A DNA stretch of 64,000 nucleotides from Phyllobates terribilis (taxonomy: Eukaryota): positions 102,486,001-102,550,000 of the forward strand of contig NW_027362764.1 of NCBI RefSeq assembly GCF_046119375.1. The letters are read 5' to 3'. Under the pieces are notes generated by a model that searched no databases, was not told the DNA's origin, and saw only the letters and a list, made by a program, of their open reading frames with translations. Positions 50,646 to 64,000 of this stretch are shown in pieces. The first letter of the stretch is position 1. Every line of letters starts with the position of its first letter. The position numbers and the translations under genes are program-made.

Positions 50646-53600
50646 TCACCCTGGTGGTATAGTGGTGGTGGAGGCTGAGGATAAGCGCAAAAAACAGCCG
50701 AAATGAGGAAGCGTATACCCATGTGTGGGTGTGAAGCAGTGCATGGGAATACACCTCCCGAAATAACACAGTGGATTTGACTTTGTTACTCTGCTGTCAT
50801 TTGGTGGTGATGAGTAGTCTGGCCCAATCCAGCCCTTGTTCATTTTGATAAGGGTCAGCTTGTCAGCATTGTCAGTTGACAGGCGAGTGCGCTTATCAGT
50901 TATAATTCCCCCAGCGGCACTAAAAACACGTTCCGATAACACGCTAGCGGCAGGGCAGGCCAGGACCTCCAAGGCGTACAGAGCGAGTTCATTTCAAGTG
51001 TCCAGCTTGGATACCCAATAATTAAAAGGCACAGAGGAATCACGGAGGACGCTGGTACGGTCGGCAAGGTACTCCCTCACCATCTTTTGAAACTTTCCAT
51101 TCCTTGTGAGAGTACCCCGCGCCTCAGGGCCTGTAAGCTGGGCGAGTCTCAGAAAACTGTCCCAGAACGTTGACAATGTTCCCCTGCCTCTGCTGGATTG
51201 GAGTTGCATCTCTCTCGCCTGTACGCCTTGGTTGGGCAACGAACTGTGACCTCTGCCGCTAGCGTGTTCAGATTGGAAGTTTTTTAACAGTTCTGCACCA
51301 AGGGCCTTCTGGTACTGCCCCATTTTTGTAGACCTCTTCACCTCAGGAATAAGAGCGTGAAAGTTCTCCTTGTAGCGGAGGTCTAAAAGTGTCACCAACC
51401 AGTAATGACTGTCACCCAACATTTTGACAAAGCGAGGGTCACGGTTAAGGCAGTGTAACATAAGTCAGCCATGCGTGCCAGACTGGTAAATGGCAAGACT
51501 TCGGTGTCCTCACCAAGATGACGACTGATCATGCTCTCCTCCTCCTCCCCCCTGTCCTCAGGCCACCAACGCTGAACCGACGGTATGACAGTTGTACAGG
51601 TACTACCGTCTACAGCACATGATACCAGCTCCTGTTCTTCCCCATTGTCCCCCAATGCACGTTGGGATGAGATGAGGCTGGGCTGTGTGTAATTGCCCGC
51701 TACGGCTTCTTGATCCATCTCACCATACTCTGGCTGCAATGCCTCCTCTTTAATTCTCTGCAGAGAGCGTTGCAAAAGACAGACAAGTGGGATGCTGACA
51801 CTAATGATGGCATCATCACCACTCACCATCTTGGTGGACTCCTCAAAGTTTGTCAGGATGGTACATATGTCAGACATCCAGGTCCACTCCTGAGGTCTTA
51901 TGTGTGGAGTCTGACCTGAATATCGACGGCCTTGTTGCAGCTGGTACTCCACAACTGCTCTCTTCTGCTCACATATCCTTTGCAACATGTGGAGGGTAGA
52001 GTTCCAACGTGTGGGGACATCACACACCAGTCGGTGTGCCGGAAGCTGCAAAAGCTGCTGCCACTCAGCAAAGGCGGCGGAAGCTGTTGCCGACTTCCGA
52101 AAATGGGCTGACAGGCGGCGTACTTTGACGAGCAGATCTGGCAACTCTGCGTACTATTTAAGAAACCGCTGAACCACGAGGTTAAGCACATGAGCCAGGC
52201 ATGGTACGTGTGTGATCTCGCCTCACCTTAGAGCCGCCACCAGGTTACGGCCATTGTCACACTCGACCATGCCTGGATGTAGGTTCAGCGGTCTCAGCCA
52301 CAGATCTGCCTGCTCTTTCACAGCTGTCCACAACTCACAAGCAGTGTGAGGTTTATCACCTAAGCTTATGAGTTTCAGCACAGCCTGTTGCCGCTTGGCT
52401 GAGGCAGTACTGCAATGCTTCCAGCTTGTAACTGATGTGGAGATATCTGAGATGGAGGCTGAACATGAGGAGGAGGATGATGCGCAGGAGCTGTACGCTG
52501 TGGGGGCAACTCTGACTGACATAGGGCCTGCAATCCTCGGTGTGGGGAGGATGTGTTCCGTCCCAAGGTCCGACTGGGTCCCAGCTTCCACTATGTTTAC
52601 TCAGTGTGCCGTCAGCGAGATGTACCTTCCCTGGCCACAAGCACTTGTCCACGTGTCCGTTGTCAGGTGGACTCTCCCAGTAACTGTGTTGTTGAGGGCA
52701 CGGCAGATGTTTTGGGACACGTGCTTGTGTAGTGCGGGAATGGCACACCGGGCAAAATAGTGTCGGCTGGGGACCGAGTACCGAGGGACGGCCACCACCA
52801 TAAGGTTGCGGAAGGATTCCGTCTCCACCAGCCTAAAAGGCAGCATTTCCAACGCAAGCAGTCGTGAAATGTGCAAATTTAGGACTGTGGCCTGTGGGGC
52901 GTTGGCTGCGAATTTGCGCTTTTGTTCAATGGTCTGGGATATGGACAAATGAACGCTGCGGTGGGACGTGGATGCTGTTTCTTGAGAAACTGCCATAACA
53001 AGTGAAGACTGAGAGGAGGGGGCATCTTTGCATGCAGTATGGACAGGGGATTGCCTTGCATGCACAACAGGGGGTTCTATCACACGCACAACAGTGGAAG
53101 AAGCGGTGACACCCGCTGACACTGGTCGTGGACCCTGGGGTTAGCCCCACAAAGTCGGGTGTTTTGCTGATATGTGCCTTATCATGCTGGTGGTGTTCAG
53201 GCTGGTAGTTTTGTCACCCCTGCTGATGCTGGCCTGGCAGGTGGTACAAATGGCCTTTTTGGGGTTATCAGCAGAGTCTTTAAAAAAATTCCAGACTCTG
53301 GAAGACCTACCGGTTGTACTGACAACGTCCCTCGTGTTGGTGTTACGGGGTACGGTTGTCTGCCTTCTGTCTGCGGCCACCACACTGCTTCTTCCTGCCT
53401 GTTGGGGTACTCTGCCTGCCTCCCTCCCTGCCTCCCTCCCCCTGTGTGCTTCTGGCCTCGTTCTGCGTGTCCTCCTGCCACGTTGGGTCAGTTACTAGAT
53501 CATCCACCACCTCCTCCTCTTCCACTTCTGCACCACTGTCCTCCTCCTCACTTCGTGGCAATTGTGTCTCGTCATCGCGTCATCGTCCACCTCTTGTGAC

Positions 53601-54087
53601 AAATTGCCAGCGTCGCCTTCCTGTGGCCATGGCTGTTCAAATATTTGGCCATTGCTACATGGGTTCTCCTCTTCCACCACTTCAAGCGGAGCAGGCGAGG
53701 GGCACAAATATGGAAATGGACCAGTGAACAGCTCTTCAGAGTGTCCAAGTGTGGGATCAGTTGCTGTCTGACGACACTCGGCATGGTGGGAGGAAGGAGC
53801 ATCAGGGTGAGGAGGAGTATGCAGTCGAGACTCACGCTACGAACACTTGACCATGTGGAAGACAGACCGGAGGTGGTGGTGCCCAGGTGACTGGAAGTAT
53901 TATCTGCTATCCAATTAATAACTTGTTCACACTGATCAGTTCGTGATAGTGGTGCTGTTGTGTGCTTCCCTAGTAATTCGGTCAAGAACTGGGAGCGAGA
54001 AGATGTGGCTGTTGGTTGTGGCACATTTTCACCTTGGCCACAGCCCCGTCCTCTGCACCCACGTCCTTTGCCACGCGCCTTGCCCAT
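50646..54087 (-). pseudogene. hAT transposase, roughly 1100 codons, frameshifted
   Basis: MGKARGKGRG; BED VWNFF..CTTC..RHISAKHP; LTTDTWTS; CDNGRNL; DVPTRWNST; SVLSERVFS; LIKMNKGW. Confidence 0.92.
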
Positions 54088-54139
54088 TGTAAATTAAGTA
54101 AAATAGCTTACACTCGCACTATCAATGGCAAAAGAGTAA

Positions 54140-54690
54140 TATAAAGGAGATTTGAACCGTGGAAGAGGAAAACCACAGTTCTATTTCTCTGGCCTACACC
54201 AGACTCTTTTAAACAGATATATTTGTGTCTGAACAGTCAGCGAGACACTCAAAATGATTTTTTTTATGGAAAAAAGGCAAAAAAGTGGATAATACAGAGA
54301 TTTGAACCGTGGAACTGCAAAACCACAGTTCTAGTTCTCTGGCCTACACCAGACTCTTTTAAACAGATATATTTGTGTCTGAACAGTCAGCGAGACACTC
54401 AAAATGTTTTTTTTTATGGAAAAAAGGCAAAAAAGTGGATAATACAGAAATTTGAACTGTGGAACTGCAAAACCACAGTTCTAGTTCTCTGGCCTACACC
54501 AGACTCTTTTAAACAGATATATTTGTGTCTGAACAGACAGCGAGACACTGAAACTTTTTTTTTATGCAAAAAGGTGGATTACACCCAGATTTGAACCGTG
54601 GAAGAGGAAAACCACAGTTCTAGTTATCTGGCCTACACCAGACTCCTTTAGACAGATATATTTGTGTCTGAACACTCAGACGCACTCAAT
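54140..54690. repeat. ~150-bp subterminal tandem repeat x4 of hAT copy C
   Basis: GATTTGAACCGTGGAA...AAAACCACAGTTCTA near 54149, 54300, 54450, 54589. Confidence 0.9.
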
Positions 54691-55621
54691 TTTTTTTTTT
54701 TGGTGGGGGGGGAATACCAAAAGGTTAATAAGACGGGTATTTGTACAGTCCAACTGAGGGGAAAAAAAAAAAAAAAAGAGGATTTAGATGAAAAAAAAAA
54801 AGGATTTTTCCTGGCCCCTGAGACCTGGGGCTAAGTCTAGCAATTTGAAAAGCAGCATACAGGACTGTAATGCAGTGTTTGTCGGTATAACCACTGCCTC
54901 TCCTATACAGCGTGCCTGATATCTGGGATTGATATTAGTCCTGAGAAGGACTGTTTGTTTGATTTGGCAGGCTTTAGAGACCCTACACTACCTATTTCAC
55001 AGTATAAATCTCTCCCTAGCTCAGCAGCACTCTCCCTACACCGTCTGATCCGGAGCGACTGTGTCCAAGATGGCGGCGCCCGGTTTTAAATACTTGAGGT
55101 GATGCTGTGCGGCCAGCCAATCACTGTAATGCCCACAACCAACATGGCTGCGGCATTACAGTGACTGGCTGGCAATCCCTGCATGTTCACTGGCTCTGTA
55201 AAGAGCGCCAAACGTACAGGGCGGAGACCCGAGCTCCCGCTCGAGTAACCCGGAAATGCTCGGTGCTCGCCGAACATCCCGAGTAGTGAGATGCTCGGGC
55301 GAGTACCGAGCAGTGTCGAGGATGCTCGCTCAACACTAGTCCTCACAGCCCTTTTAAACTGTATTATAGTCCCATAGCCCCTTTTATACTGAATGATGAC
55401 CACCACAGCCTTTTATACAGTAGATTATGCCCCCCCACAGCTCACCTATATCCTCATAGTACCTTATACATTGTATTATGACCCTCATAGCCCTTTATAT
55501 ACTGTATTACGGCCACTAAAGCACTTTATATACAGTAATATTGCCCGCACAGCTCACTATATATAGTATAATGGCCCCTACAGCCTCTTACATACTGATT
55601 CATGTCCCCCAAAGACCCGTT

Positions 55622-56420
55622 CCCTAAATCTGTCTCTGGCGACTGTGTACTCATGACCATGCTCATTATTGTCGCTGCCTCATGCTGCGCTCAGCGAGAC
55701 CCGGTGGCTCTGATGAGCATTATCGTCACAACCTGGCGCCTGTGAATAGTAATTTTACTGCTATTCACAGTCACCAGAGACAGATTCAGGGAACGTGAGC
55801 TACGGCGAAGCTTCGTGGGAACATTTTGGGTAATAAATTGGTGTACGAAGTACTGTCTGTTGTTTTTGTCTTTTTATGTTTCTCAGGGTTCCTTTACTGG
55901 AGTACTTCGGATTTGGTGTAATACTGCGGACCTGCAAGGGATTTTTTTTCAATAAGTTGGTGAGCGAGGGATAGTGTGGGGGATTCTTTATTCAAATTAA
56001 GTGCTTTTTTTCTCTGTGTTTTTATTTTTTATTAACGGGTTAGTAATGGGGGTGTCTGATAGACACCTCTCCATTACTAACACCAGGGCTTCATGATAGC
56101 TGAGATTTATGACAAATCACAGCTGTCATCAACCCTCCAGCCCAAATACCCAGATTGCCACCAATCCAGGGCAATCGGGAAGAACCGAGTAAAGCATCAG
56201 AATTGGCGCATGTCATCTGATGCACCAATTCTGGGGCAGCTGCAGGCTTGTATTTTTAGGCTGGAAAGGGCCTAATAACCAGGGACCTTCCCAACCTGAT
56301 AATATGAGCCTGCAGCTGTCTGCTTTACTTTAGCTGGTTATTAAAAATAAGGAGGACTCTACATCTTTTTTTTTATTTGGTTAAATAAGGCTAAACACCC
56401 TTTAGTGCCACATGAAAGGC
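55622..56420. mobile_element. Non-autonomous DNA element related to 10830-11970
   Basis: 26-bp inverted arms CCCTAAATCTGTCTCTGGCGACTGTG / CACAGTCACCAGAGACAGATTCAGGG; shared blocks in reverse orientation. Confidence 0.5.
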
Positions 56421-56684
56421 ACTAAAGGGTATAATTTTATTATATGTAGGGGGCTTGTGAAATTATATGTCTACAGGATCTCTATATATTCTAGCTATTT
56501 ATTATCTAATATCTTTCTATCATCTATCTGTATCTTTATATAGCAACTAGCTTTAAATTACATAGAGAATTACAATATGTAAAAGATGATGTTAAAAAAG
56601 CATGTCATACAGATGCTAGGTGAGAATAATCGCATTGTGTTCGCATTACACTCGTCCGACTTTTCAGCCGCAACATCTGAGCGA

Positions 56685-58059
56685 TGCACCCTTTTGAGCT
56701 AGTACAGCCATGAGTCTTCTTGGGAATGATGCAACAAGTTTTTTGCACCTGGATTTGGGGATCCTCTGCCATTCTTCATTGCAGATCCTCTCCAGTTCCG
56801 TCAGGTTGGAAGGTGAACGTTGGTGGACAGCCATTTTCAGGTCTCTCCAGAGATGCTCAATTGGGTTTAGGTCAGGGCTCTGGTTGGGCCAGTCAAGAAT
56901 GGTCACAGAGTTGTTCTAAAGCCACTCCTTTGTTATTTTAGATGTGTGCTTAGGGTCATTGTCTTGTTGGAAGGTGAACCTTTGGCCAAGTCTGAGGTCC
57001 AGAGCACTCTGGAAGAGGTTTTCATCCAGGATATCTCTGTACTTGGCTGCATTCATGTTTCCTTCAATTGCAACCGGTCGTCCTGTCCCTGCATCTGAAA
57101 AACACCCCCATATCATGATGCTGCCACCACTATGTTTCACTGTTGGGATTGTATTGGGCAGGTGATGAGCAGTGCCTGGTTTTCTCCACACATACCGCTT
57201 AGAATTATCACCACAAAGTTCTATCTTTGTCTCATCAGACCAAAGAATCTTATTTCTCATAGTCTGGGAGTCCTTCATGTGTTTTTGAGCAAACTCTATG
57301 CGGGCTTTCATATGTCTTGCACTGAGGAGGCTTCCGTCGGGCCACTCTGCCATAAAGGCCCGACTGGCGGAGGGCTGCAGTGATAGTTGACATTGTGGAA
57401 CTTTCTCCCATGTCCCTTCTGCATCTCTGGAGTTCAGCCACAGTGATCTTGGGGTTCTTCTTTACCTCTCTCACCAAGGCTCTTCTCCCACGATTGCTCA
57501 GTTTGGCTGGACGGCCAGGTCTAGGAAGACTTCTGGTGGTCCCAAACTTCTTCCATTTAAGGATAATGGAGGCCACTGTGCTCTTAGGAACCTTGAGTAA
57601 TGCAGAAATTCTTTTGTAACCTTGGCCAGATCTGTGCCTTGCCACAATTGTGTCTCTGAGCTCCTTGGGCAGTTCCTTTGAGCTCATGATTCTCATTTGG
57701 TCTGACATGTGCTGTGAGGTCTTATATAGACAGGTGTGTGCCTTTCCAAATCAAGTCCTATCAGTTTAATTAAACACAGCTGGACTCCAATGAAGGAGTA
57801 GAACCATCTCAAGGAGCATCACAAGGAAATGGACAGCATGTGACTTAAATATGAGTGTCTGAGCAAAGGGTCTGAATACTTGTGACCATGTGATATTTCA
57901 GTTTTGATTTTTTAATAAATTTGCAAAAATTTCTACATTTCTGTAGGGGTGCAGAGTATTTTAATGAGAAAAAAAAAACTTTTTAGACTTTACCAAATGG
58001 CTGCAATGAATCAAGGAGTGAATATTTTAAAGGAGTCTGAATACTTTCCGTTCCCACTG
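56685..58059 (-). mobile_element. Tc1 transposon, 3' TIR lost; transposase 57687 to ~56690 with frameshift and stop
   Basis: Ends ..TTCCCACTG|TA; MSSKELPKELRD.., WSDETKIEL, FQQDNDPKH, SPDLNPIEHLW. Confidence 0.92.
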
Positions 58060-58500
58060 TACATATTATTAGTTTGGGGTTTAAAATCCTGATGACAAGT
58101 ACCTTTTAAGTCCTGGGATACCCAGAGCCACGTACCTCCTTCCCTTTAAGTGCCTACAGTAGTGCTGGAGAAGTATTGTATTCTGCACTGTGCTGTTGAG
58201 TAACCTGTCGACTAGGATTCTCTGCTTTGTTCCAGTGGATCCAATACTACTATTAGCATACAGGGACTGCTTGTATAGCTATGGAAATGGAGCCGGGTCT
58301 GACAATCTGAAAATAAAAGGTGTTCATTGCATAATTAGAAAAAGCTTGCAAATAAACTTGCTGTATAATTTATGGTTTTCTGGATCTCTATTTTGAATTG
58401 TCCACTGTATTTGCAGTTGATGAAAGTCAGAAATGGCCATGTGATGGACACGGAGGTGCACAGCAAGTTACAAACCATTGCTCTGAAAGCTGTAGTGTAA

Positions 58501-58851
58501 GGGTGTGTGCACACGGTCCGGAAACACTGCGGATTTTACGCAGCAGACTTGCGCTGCGTGCAATCTGCAGCGGCCAGATGTTACAGCATAGTCCACTATG
58601 CGTCTCCGTGCTCCTGCGGATCACCCGCGGACACGGACATGCGGCGCGTCTTCACAGACCGCAGCATGTCAATTTCTCTTGCAGAGACGGTAGAATTTCT
58701 CTTGCGCAGACTATCATTGTAATGTATAGGATGCGGTGAATCCACATGGTTCGTTGAACACATGCGGATTCACCTGCGTGCAGCGCTTTGGACGAAGCAT
58801 CAAGTATCCTGCATTCAAAGCACAGGAAATACCGACCGTGTGCACATACCC
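58501..58851. mobile_element. PIF/Harbinger MITE, 351 bp
   Basis: TAA|GGGTGTGTGCACACGG ... CCGTGTGCACATACCC|TAA. Confidence 0.85.
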
Positions 58852-59193
58852 TAATTGTATGTAAGAGTCCTGCATCAGTGGAGTCGATTTCAGCCAAAAG
58901 CAACCATTTTTGTTATGGTGCCCACACTAATAGTGGTGCTATATCCAGAGCTCCAGACCAGTTCAGCAACCGATGACCATGTAGCTAACATAGTAACATA
59001 GTTTGTAAAGCCGAATAAAGACTTGCGTCCATCAAGTTCGACCTGTTAGTTCTGTAGTTGCTAAAGTTGATCCAGAGGAGGGCAAAAACCCCAAATGATT
59101 TGGCCAATCTTCACCTGAGGAAAAATTCCCTCCCAACTCTGAAACCAGCAGTCAGAATAAATCCCTGTATCAACCTACTATTTTATTTTATTT

Positions 59194-62086
59194 TTAAGTA
59201 TATGCTGAAATCTGCCTGGTATCTAGAAATGCATCCAGTCCCCGCTTGAACTGGTGTAGTGAATCCGACATTACCGTCTCCTCACTCAGTGAATTCCATA
59301 TTCTCACTGCTCTTACCGTAAAGAACCCCTTCCTATGCTGGTGCTGAAACCTTTTCTCTTCCAGTCTTAGTGAGTGCCCTCTTGTTACCGTAATATCCCT
59401 CCTTTTGAACAAATCCCAGGCAAGATCTCTATACTGTCCCCTAACATATTTGTACACATTTATTATGTCCCCCCTCAACCTTCTCTTTTCCAGGTTGAAT
59501 AGTCCTAGTTTTGCCAACCTCTCTGGGTATTGCAGTCCCTCCATTCCCTTTATTAATTTTGTTGCCCTCCTTTGTACCTTTTCAAGCTCATTTATATCCT
59601 TTCTATATATTGGGGCCCATAACTGAGCACAGTATTCCAAGTGTGGTCTGACCAGTGCTTTGTACAGTGGAAGAACAATGTTCTCATCCTTTGCAGCTAT
59701 ACCTCTTCTGATACATCCCATTACCCTGTTTGCCCTTACAGCAGCGGCCTGACTTTGGGCACTCCAATTTAGTTTGCTATCAATCAAGATGCCCAAGTCC
59801 TTCTCCATCTCTGAATTCCCCAATGATTTCCCATTCAGTGAGTACTGGTGACTTCCATTTTTCCTTCCCATATGTATGACCTTACATTTCTCCTCGTTAA
59901 ACCTCATTTGCCATTTAATGCTCCACCTACCCAGCTTATCCAAATCCCTCTGTAGGTCTGCACTGTCCTCTTTTGTATTAATTGTTTTACATAACTTTGT
60001 GTCATCTGCAAATATTGATATTTTACTATTTATCCCGTTGACTATGTCGTTAATAAAGATATTAAATAACATTGGGCCTAGTACAGACCCCTGTGGTACC
60101 CCACTAGTGACGCTTACCCAATCTGAGTATATTCCATTTATAACCACCCTCTGCCTTCTATCCTTTAGCCAGTTAGCTACCCACTTGCAGACATTTTCCC
60201 CCAGCCCCATCATTCTCATTTTGTATGCCAACCTATTATGTGGCACGCTATCGAACGCTTTTGAGAAGTCGAGATACACGACATCCACTGGTTCCCCCTG
60301 ATCTACTCGAGAGCTAACCTCCTCGTAGAAGTCAATCAGGTTTGTTTGGCAGGAGCGATTCCTCATGAATACATGTTGGTTCGGGATTAAAAGATTATTA
60401 GCATCAAGATGCTCCGTAATTGCCTCTTTAATGAAGCTTTCAAAAATTTTGCCCACAACGGACGTCAGACTCACCGGCCGATAGTTTCCGGCGTCACTTT
60501 TCGCTCCCTTTTTGAATATTGGCACTACATTCGCCTGTCGCCAATCAAGTGGCACAGACCCAGTCTCAACAGAGTCCTTAAATATAAGATATAACGGTCT
60601 GTCTATCACATTACTTAGTTCCCTTAGTACCCGTGGGTGTATGCCATCAGGTCCTGGTGATTTGTTTATTTTAATGTTACTGAGGCGTTTCTGTACCCCA
60701 GCTTGGGTTAGATTTGTCATACTTAGTGGAGGATTAAGTTTGTCACTTCTCATTTCTCCTGTTAGTTCGATTTCCTTTGTGAAAGTTGTCGAAAAAAAAT
60801 TATTTAATAGATTAGCTTTATCCTCATCTTTCTCTATGATTTTGCCTTCCTCACTTTTTATCGGTCCAATATTATCCGATTTAATCCTTTTACTATTTAT
60901 ATACGTAAAGAACAGTTTGGGATTTGATCTACTTTCCCTAGCAATACGTCTCTCTGTTTCCTCCTTCGCTATTTTTATTTGTTTTTTACAGGTTCTCGTT
61001 TTTTCCTTGTAACACATTAGTGCCTCCTTACTGTTTTAATCTCTTGAATGCCTCTTTTTTGCTATTTAATACCCCTTTTACGTTCTTGTTCAACCATATT
61101 GGTTTCCTCTTATTTCTGGCCCTTTTATTCCCATACGGTATATATCTCTCACACTGAGTATTCAGAATTCTTTTGAAGGTTTCCCATTTACTATTCGTAT
61201 TCCTTTGATTAAGAACTTTGTCCCAGTCAATAAGTTGAAGGCTTTCTTTCAGCTGATCAAACTTCGCCCTCCTAAAGTTTAATGTTTTTGTTGTTCCCTT
61301 ATTGATAACCCTACTGAAGGGCATTTTGGAGTCGATAATATTATGGTCGCTATTACCTAGGTGCCCCCCTATCTGTACCTCAGTTATTCTATCAGGCCTA
61401 TTAGTCAATATTAAGTCCAACACGGCCTTCCCTCTCGTTGGTTCCTGCACTAGTTGGGAGAGATAATTATCCTTAATATTTGTCAAGAACCTTTTTCCTT
61501 TCTGAGATCTACAGGTTTCTGTTTCCCAGTCAATATCCGGGTAGTTGAAATCCCCCATTACAATCACTTCATTATGTTTTGCTACTTTGTCTATTTGTCC
61601 TAATAGCAGATTCTCATTCTCCTCTGTTATATTTGGTGGCTTATAGCAGACCCCCAGTAATATTTTATTATTATTTTTAGTTCCCTCTATCTCTACCCAC
61701 ATGGACTCGACCCCCTCTTCTCCCTCTCCTATATCTTCCCTTAGTCTGGGTTTTAGACATGACTTTACATATAAGCAGACTCCTCCGCCTTTCCCCTGTT
61801 TCCGGTCCCTTCTAAATAAACTATAATCTAATAAATTTACCGCCCAGTCGTAGCTATCGTCTAGCCAAGTCTCTGTTATACCTACGATGTCATACCTCTC
61901 CTCCGATATAAGCGCCTGCAGCTCATCCGCCTTATTGGTCAGGCTTCTTGCGTTGGTCAGCATGCAAGATAAAACTTTGGGGTTATTTAGCATCCTATTC
62001 TTCTCTAACGATCTAACTGTACTATCCCCACCCCCCTCTCCACCCTCATTATATTCACTTCTCCCCTTCCCCCTTGCTTGCCTCAC
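59194..62086 (-). pseudogene. CR1 ORF2: APE endonuclease + reverse transcriptase, one frameshift near 61030
   Basis: TNARSL, GITETWL, VMGDFN, LDLILTN, SDHN; KSPGPDG, YLDFSKAFD, GVPQGSVLGP, FADD. Confidence 0.95.
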
Positions 62087-62122
62087 ATCCCACCTATTTC
62101 CTTGGTCCCCCCCCCCCCGTCT

Positions 62123-63020
62123 CTAGTTTAAAAACTCCTCCAACCTATTAGCCATCATCTTCCCCAGCACCGCTGCACCCTCCCCATTGAGGTGCAGCCC
62201 GTCCCTACGGTAGAGCCTGTAGCCGACCGCGAAGTCGGCCCAGTTCTCCATGAACCCAAACCCTTCTGCCTTGCACCAACTCTTTAGCCACTTATTCACC
62301 TCCCTAACTTCCCGTTGGCGCTCCTGTGTGGCTCGCGGGATTGGTAGTATTTCTGAGAAAACTACCTTGGAGGTCCTTGCCCTAAGCTTCCTACCTAGGT
62401 CCCTGAAATCATTTTTAAGGACCCTCCATCTACCACTCACTTTGTCATTGGTGCCGATGTGGACCATGACCGCTGGGTCTTTGCCAGCCCCACCCAGTAA
62501 CCTGTCAACCCGATCCGCGATGTGCCGGACTCTAGCGCCAGGGAGGCAGCACACCGTTCGGCGATCCCGGTCTTTGTGACAGATTGCCCTGTCTGTCCCC
62601 CTAATAATAGAGTCACCCACTACCAGAACCTGTCTTGCCTGCCCTACACTTCCCCCCTCCCCCTCATTACTGGAGCATACACTCCCCCGGCGGTCAGAGG
62701 ATCTGTCGTGCTCCAATAATGCCGGTTCTGAACCAGCCTTCCTATACTTCTTCCCTCTATCCCTCCTGTTATCCAGCTTCCTGCCTGTTCGGCCTGCACT
62801 TCCCCTCTATGCTCCACCCCCAGTATTGACCCATTGAGTGTCTGCTCGGTGAGCAGCCAACTCCGTTCCATGTTGTCGATGCTCCTCAGTACCGCTATCT
62901 GAGCACTTAGATCCAGAATTTGGGCTTCCAAGTGCACGATATGCTCACATCTCTCGCAGCAGTATGGATCCTCGAGCGGTTGCTCACGGAATGCATACAC
63001 TGCACGGCTCCGGCCAACAT
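62123..63020 (-). pseudogene. CR1 ORF1: zinc finger/leucine zipper + SGNH esterase domain, frameshifted
   Basis: CCERC..LEAQILDLSAQIAVL; VVGDSIIRG, LPGARV, HIGTND, DGLHL. Confidence 0.9.
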
Positions 63021-63510
63021 GGACGTCATTCTAAATATGGGGATACAGTCAGTATATATATACACAAGTACAAAACACAATTATTTATATATAAGTGTAT
63101 GGACGGGGATCAATTAGGGATGTGCAAGTGTATCAATTAGATATCGGCGGGGGATCAGTTAAATATCAAGTATGGACGGGGGAATCAGATAAGTAGGTCA
63201 GGTGGATTAATTAAGTAAAAAGTAAAGTAAAGAAAGAATGAAATACAGTCAGCAATTCAGTCCTAAGTCCTCCCTTCCAAACTCCCTGAATCCAAAGTCA
63301 CTGAAAAACAAGTCACACACTTACTTTCGTTCGCACTTACGCTCCGGACACACGCAGCTCGTTCACACTCACAAACGCAATTCACACAGGTATTTTCTGC
63401 AGGATTCCCAAATACCTCTTAACTCAATGCACTTCCAAAAGCTCTAAGTGACTGCGCAGTTTGTATAGGATTTCTTGCTTCCATGCTTGTGATAGCACGT
63501 GGCACTGGAC

Positions 63511-64000
63511 TGTCACGAATGTGCTGCATCCTGATTAGACCTTTGCGGTATCTGGGATCAGACTGGCAGATCGCAGGTCTTCTTTGGAGTCCACTTGGCG
63601 TTTAACTTGAATGTGCAGATTGATTTCTGGTTGGTGTAGATGGGCTTAAGAGTTCCTTTTTGATCCTCCTGGGATTCCATATGGCTCTAATCTCAGCTGC
63701 TGCATCTTACTGTCACTCCCTTCCATTATTTAAACTCACTCCTCGCTCTGTCCTGTGTCGGTTATAGGTGTCCTATGCTGACCTCCCTGGAGAAGTTGTT
63801 CCAGTTTAAGAAGTTGTGGAGTTCTAGTTGTTGTTTGATTTCTCCGTTTGTTTCCCTCCCCGTGTTTCCTTACCTTAGTAGTGAGACTTGTGTCTTGCTG
63901 ACTTACTCACTAGTTATAGCCACCCAGGGTTTAGGCACCTGATGGCGCATGGGGGGGGGGGGGGGCAGAACCCATCCAGGAACAATAGGAAGCACAGGGT
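63511..64000 (+). mobile_element. Probable LTR, runs off the window end
   Basis: Starts TGTCACG; TATTTAAA box near 63727; no ORF. Assignment is by general architecture only. Confidence 0.4.

Larger units (their letters stand above)
47577..55338 (-). mobile_element. Full-length hAT (Ac-type) transposon copy C, 7762 bp
   Basis: TIR TAGTGTTGAGCGAGCA at both ends; perfect 8-bp TSD GTCCTCAC (47569-76, 55339-46); transposase on minus. Confidence 0.95.
58985..63450 (-). mobile_element. Near full-length CR1-clade LINE (~4.5 kb)
   Basis: 5' UTR, ORF1, ORF2 and (ACTATGTT)n 3' tail on the minus strand. Confidence 0.93.

Noticed and set aside
50646-54087. Domesticated ZBED4/ZBED6-type host gene
   Set aside because: It lies within TIRs and a TSD, is multi-copy, and is frameshifted.
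59405-61012. Plus-strand ORFs of 73-166 aa
   Set aside because: Antisense shadows of CR1 ORF2.
63951-63965. Functional G-quadruplex or polypurine tract
   Set aside because: A simple G homopolymer near the window edge, length unreliable and context incomplete.

Overview
Vertebrate genomic DNA, most likely a frog (inferred from the repeat repertoire and GT-AG spliced gene; no prokaryotic features). Most of the window is nested transposons: a decayed piggyBac, four pieces of a large Ac-type hAT family (one bounded 7.76-kb copy with a perfect 8-bp TSD), four Tc1 remnants, three solo LTRs, a near full-length CR1 LINE, V-SINEs and many MITEs. The one host gene lies on the minus strand at 26029-35762. 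I assembled it by hand from splice sites into an in-frame 18-exon, ~695-aa MAST-family Ser/Thr kinase (exon 3 donor uncertain). It is atypical: no PDZ domain, a short Arg/Cys-rich tail, a duplicated ATG exon with its upstream region, a tandem-duplicated 81-bp exon, and altered catalytic/activation-loop motifs. Three degenerate hammerhead-ribozyme motifs are present, one inside a ~327-bp retrozyme-like tandem unit. The hAT family carries antisense fragments of its own transposase near one terminus in two independent copies. All alignments were done by eye.
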